NCBI GenBank assembly: GCA_036172245.1
Contig: JAYWIR010000014.1
Location: forward strand, 2,666,001 to 2,730,000
DNA: 64,000 bases
Origin: Raillietiella orientalis
Taxonomy: Eukaryota
Direction of reading: 5' to 3'
Below, piece by piece: positions 60,501 through 64,000 of the stretch. Made by a program: the position numbers and the translations under genes. Each line of letters opens with the position of its first letter. Positions within the stretch are counted from its first letter, which is position 1. The notes beneath the pieces were generated by a model, which saw only the letters and a program-made list of their open reading frames with translations, was not told the DNA's origin and did no database searches.

Positions 60501-63165
60501 TCCGCGAGGAGAGCCAGCAGAGATGCGTGTGAGCACCCCTTCCGGGAATTCCCATTCGGGACGAGAGTCCATCACGACGCTGAGGCGGTAAGCGAGGAAG
60601 GGTCTGCAGCGCGAGGCTGCACGCGAAGCGCGCGGCACGGAGGAGCTCTGTGCGCGCTCAGAGTCCCGCGCCCCGTGCGAACCGACTTGCGCGCTAGAAG
60701 AGGTGCGCGTGCAAGCATGGCGGTGGGGAAGCATCCAGGGGGCTCCCGGAGGGGCGAAGGAGGGACAGGATGAGAAGCCGTCCCCGCGGAACCCTTGGGT
60801 GGTTCGTCTCGGCCGCTGGCGTTCTCGCCGTTGCGCTTCTTCGCCGATGTTCGCCCCGCGCTCCCTCACCCCTGAAAAGACGGATCCCTAGGGAAGGAGG
60901 AAGGGAGGAGATCGATGGGGAAGGGTGCAGTTCGGAAAGAGCGGCATCTTCGAAAAGTCCCACGTCCATCCGAGGAGCTGCCGGTTTCCCAACGAGCTTT
61001 CCCGAGCGGTTCGGTACACACTTCCCCGGTGGAGTCTGCCGGGAAGCGGTCCTGCAGCTGATTCATGGCTGGAGCGTGTCGAGGCGGGAAAACTTGCAGA
61101 TCGTTATCTGATCTCCCGGAAAAAATTGGTTTCTTCTCATGGTTTTCGCCTCTGCAGTTGTCATGGAATCATAAATCAGTCATCAGGAGGAGCACGGAAA
61201 GAACACGCCGTTAAAATGCGACACTCGGAACCACCGTGGGGCCTGAGGGAAGGGTCTGGAAGATAGGCGCAACTACCTACTGTCGTTCCGAGCAGGGGCT
61301 TCACCAGGCACTAGTAGCATCTGGTGGAGCTGAGCAAGAGGAGCAGGCCAGGGGTTGCTGGAGCGAAGTTGTTGCCCAAGGTGGCGATCCATAACGACTT
61401 TCTGGATCTTCGACTTTTGGAGCCTTGCCTCGCTACGCTCTGAAGAACCAAACTCAGTTGGTCCGCAAAAAAAAAAAAAAAAAAAAAGAAAAGATCAAGA
61501 AAGAAAAGGAAAGAAAAGGGAAAAAAAAAGAAAGAAAAAAAGCATCCCGAGAGCGGATGCAGTACGGAGGCATCAATAAATCATCCTCGTGAGTTCTCTT
61601 GAATTTCACGAAGCTCCGCAGGTCGGCACGGCCAGAAAACGACAGTTTCGTGGTGGGGCGGGCGTTCCGCCGGCTCGCAGGAAACGCCTCTGCCGAAAAA
61701 GCGAAAATCCTTTGGCTATTTGCTCAAGTCCGGGAGTTTCGCAAAACTTCCCTCGCAAGCAACGCTGCAGCATCATAAACGCAAGCTATTATTTAATTTC
61801 GGATGCGGAAAGGTCCATTTACCGAAAGCTGGAATCGGATTATTGCCAGCCCTCGGGTATCTGCAAAGGGACTGGTGTGCCTTGCATGGGCACACATTAC
61901 ATGTACATGTTTATTATCGTTTTATGGCGTCTTTTATTGGGTTTGACTGGTTTATGCTCCGAGGAATGCGAAGTGACATTTGGCAAGGACTGCTTTCGGG
62001 TTTCCTACGCAAAGGGCCATCTCTGTGAGATAAAAGCGAACTGAATATTCTCACGCACCTGGATGGTGTCATGGGCTACAGCCCTCGAACATTTTCCTTT
62101 TTTTTTTTTTTTTTTGGGGGGGGGGGGGGACTTTCCACCGAATCAGATTTTTTGTTTCTTCTTTAGAGTCAACAAAAATATCGGCTACGAAAGTCCCTCC
62201 TCCCTTCCCTTCCCGATCGAAATCTGAGAAACCCACACGAGCGTGTAATGGGCGTCACAACGAACAGGGGGCCTGCCCATCTGCATTTCGTTTCCCAAAC
62301 TCTCCTCCCGAAGAAACATCCAAAGGGAGCATCTGCAACCTTTGGTTGCAGGCAAGAACACGAGTGGTAAGAACACGAAGAGGAGAGAAACTCTCTTAAT
62401 GAGACTCAGTAGAGTGTGTGCTCTCTGAGCAGCTCGCATCACGGACGAAGAGCGGTCCTCTGCATGGGGAAACAAATCCAATCTTCGTTTTCCTCTCACG
62501 GTAGAGCGTGCAGCGTTTGGGACTCTTCGCGAAACGGAAGAGGCGTGCTTTTCTTTGGTCACATTTGCCCACTGGGGCTGGTTAGTGTATTCTCGGTACA
62601 GCAGTAAGTACCTCTTCACACGTTTGTTAGAAGGCAGGCTCAGAGTCACTATTTTTGGTATACACGGTGCTCTCCTTCCCCCCCTCCCCTCCCCCCCCCA
62701 AAAAAAAAACACACACACACACACACTCTCCGTGTGTCCCGGCGCACACCAGAGAAAACACAGAAAGCAAATCGAGACGTCAGACTTGAAAGATTTTTTC
62801 GTCCGCAAAGTTAGGAGGGATGGCACTCTCCTTGATTGCCAAGCCAAAGTTCCAGCCTGAAAACTCCCAACTCTTAGAGCCCAGCCATCACCCTCGGAAG
62901 GAAAAAGCTCCTCGAAACGTTACTCAAAACGGACACAGCATCACTCCTACACACCAAGCAACTCAAATGCACCGTAGAAGCTTCACAGTGCAGATGCTTT
63001 GCAGAGGCTTCATTATCTGGGTTTTATAAATTAATCCATTTATTTTTCTTACGTATTCTTTAAAAAAAAAAAAAAATGAACATCTTACCACCAAGTGGCA
63101 TCTAACAGCTTTAAAAAACAGCAAACCAGAAAGATTCTGAGCCACTGTTTTCTATTTGACACCAT
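39380..63165 (-). CDS. WntA: Wnt ligand, WntA subfamily, 7 coding exons, 355 aa
   Basis: Exons (-) 63165-63089, 54851-54713, 51048-50928, 48668-48508, 43594-43487, 41173-40914, 39581-39380 (1068 nt, all GT-AG, phases consistent). Motifs [80 protein letters not shown]-stop. Wnt identity is certain. WntA subfamily is inferred from recalled motifs. Confidence 0.9.
40914..41173 (-). CDS. WntA: WntA coding exon 6
   Basis: [28 protein letters not shown]...[16 protein letters not shown]. Includes the conserved lipidated Ser motif. Confidence 0.95.
42778..43045 (-). repeat. LINE post-RT fragment, copy 1 of a direct pair flanking WntA exon 5
   Basis: Aligns to 43969-44215 (AACCAGCCCTGGAAAC, GAGGGCAGGAGGGAATCCCGTC). 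Minus strand reads FQGWLPRSL...ACNVISRRI. Confidence 0.8.
43487..43594 (-). CDS. WntA: WntA coding exon 5
   Basis: [42 protein letters not shown] acceptor, GTAACC donor. Confidence 0.95.
43969..44215 (-). repeat. LINE post-RT fragment, copy 2 of the direct pair flanking WntA exon 5
   Basis: Same segment as 42778-43045, lacking a ~20-bp internal piece. Confidence 0.8.
48508..48668 (-). CDS. WntA: WntA coding exon 4
   Basis: [53 protein letters not shown] (not in the ORF track). TTCCAG acceptor, GTAAGT donor. Confidence 0.95.
50928..51048 (-). CDS. WntA: WntA coding exon 3
   Basis: [46 protein letters not shown] acceptor, GTAAGT donor. Confidence 0.95.
52120..52470 (+). mobile_element. LINE fragment in WntA intron 2, inverted relative to 36365-36800
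   Basis: [19 protein letters not shown] versus PILKNYTHPRVAWNSVKEL. Clear nucleotide homology. Confidence 0.75.
54713..54851 (-). CDS. WntA: WntA coding exon 2
   Basis: WLLGMPS...[34 protein letters not shown] acceptor, GTAAAA donor. Confidence 0.9.
59950..61000 (+). mobile_element. Decayed LINE RT domain in WntA intron 1
   Basis: Collinear degenerate motifs KRHGCDG (K.PG.DG), VKAFSRF (KAFDRV), IQGAP (QG.P), FADV at ~60840 (YADD). Confidence 0.5.
63089..63165 (-). CDS. WntA: WntA coding exon 1 (signal peptide)
   Basis: [25 protein letters not shown] plus TG, then GTAAGA donor. Phase 2 completes the typical WW junction with exon 2. In-frame upstream TAA. Confidence 0.85.
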
Positions 63166-64000
63166 TTCCTTCTTTGCTTGCCATTTAAATTTCTCTTAAA
63201 GCTTTCAAGTAGAAGTCTTCCTTAAATTTCTATTTCAGTTCACATATTTCTGATGATATCACCACACCATTAGTTCATTAAACACTTTCAATGAATACTT
63301 TGACATCACAGTTTCCAGATTGCCTGCAAGAGCTATGCGTTTCGTATCACACAACGCCAAATGGTCCATACATATTTTAATGACAACTGATCAATTGATG
63401 ACGATTCTTTCCTGTCTCTCAAACAAACGAAAGCTTTGCTGAGGAAGCATTGCTACATCTGAATTCTGAAAACTCGACACATCCATCCGCTGACCGGAAA
63501 ACATCTAAACATCCAGTGCCATTCATTCTATAAGGACGGATTGTTCCTATGAGTTTTATTACCCTCTCCAGCTAGATTGCTGATAGCAGATTACGATTCT
63601 TAGACGTAATATAATACATCGAGATAATAAAATCATATTACTGTTTGTCGGGATCTGCAGTCATGTGAGTCACTTGGAGCAGTAATGATCCTCGGGACAA
63701 AAGAAATCATTGTAATTAAAAATTTTCTCTCTGCTCGTCGAATGTATTTTGAATGAAAGATTAAACAGAGGGACAGAGGAAGCATAAATCCTTCTTGCAT
63801 CGAGATAAGTGTCTCCGTCGTACCGTATATTTACTTTACTTTGTGTAAGTGCAAAATGATGAAATATAAAAGCGTATTAACGAGGCCTATCGCACGAGAC
63901 CCCCCCCATCCAAACATGGCGGCGAAGAATGGCCTTTCTAAAAATAGACACCATTGTCGCCGTCCCTGTTCGCCTTTATTTTTAGGCAAGCGGGAAAAAA

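Noticed and set aside
1..64000. CRISPR array, rRNA, tRNA or prokaryotic operon/defence system
   Set aside because: No regularly spaced repeats or RNA-gene signatures seen, and all supported genes are spliceosomal-intron eukaryotic genes.

Overview
Eukaryotic (arthropod-like protostome) genomic DNA. I reconstructed four spliced genes by hand, and every intron phase is consistent. (1) A Dpr-family two-Ig cell-surface protein (+, CDS 18341-28330, 6 exons, 318 aa; last intron is GC-AG). (2) A GT7 beta-1,4-N-acetylgalactosaminyltransferase (+, 31694-33108, 5 exons, 349 aa). (3) Papi/TDRKH, a piRNA-biogenesis TM-KH-KH-Tudor protein (-, 34791-33119, 9 exons, 417 aa). (4) WntA (-, 63165-39380, 7 exons, 355 aa). 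The glycosyltransferase and papi sit tail-to-tail with only 10 nt between their stop codons, in an AT-rich, CpG-poor island with 42-51 nt introns. The two developmental genes lie in very GC-rich DNA with long introns. The first ~17.5 kb and the long introns contain many decayed non-LTR retrotransposon (L1/Tx1-like) fragments. Their 3' ends share a T-tract, an AATAAA-like signal and a terminal CCCGG-N5-CCGG(G/A) hairpin. Almost all long ORFs in the supplied track are GC-driven artefacts. I found no rRNA, tRNA, CRISPR array or prokaryote-type system. Family assignments come from motif recognition, not database searches, and TE boundaries are approximate.
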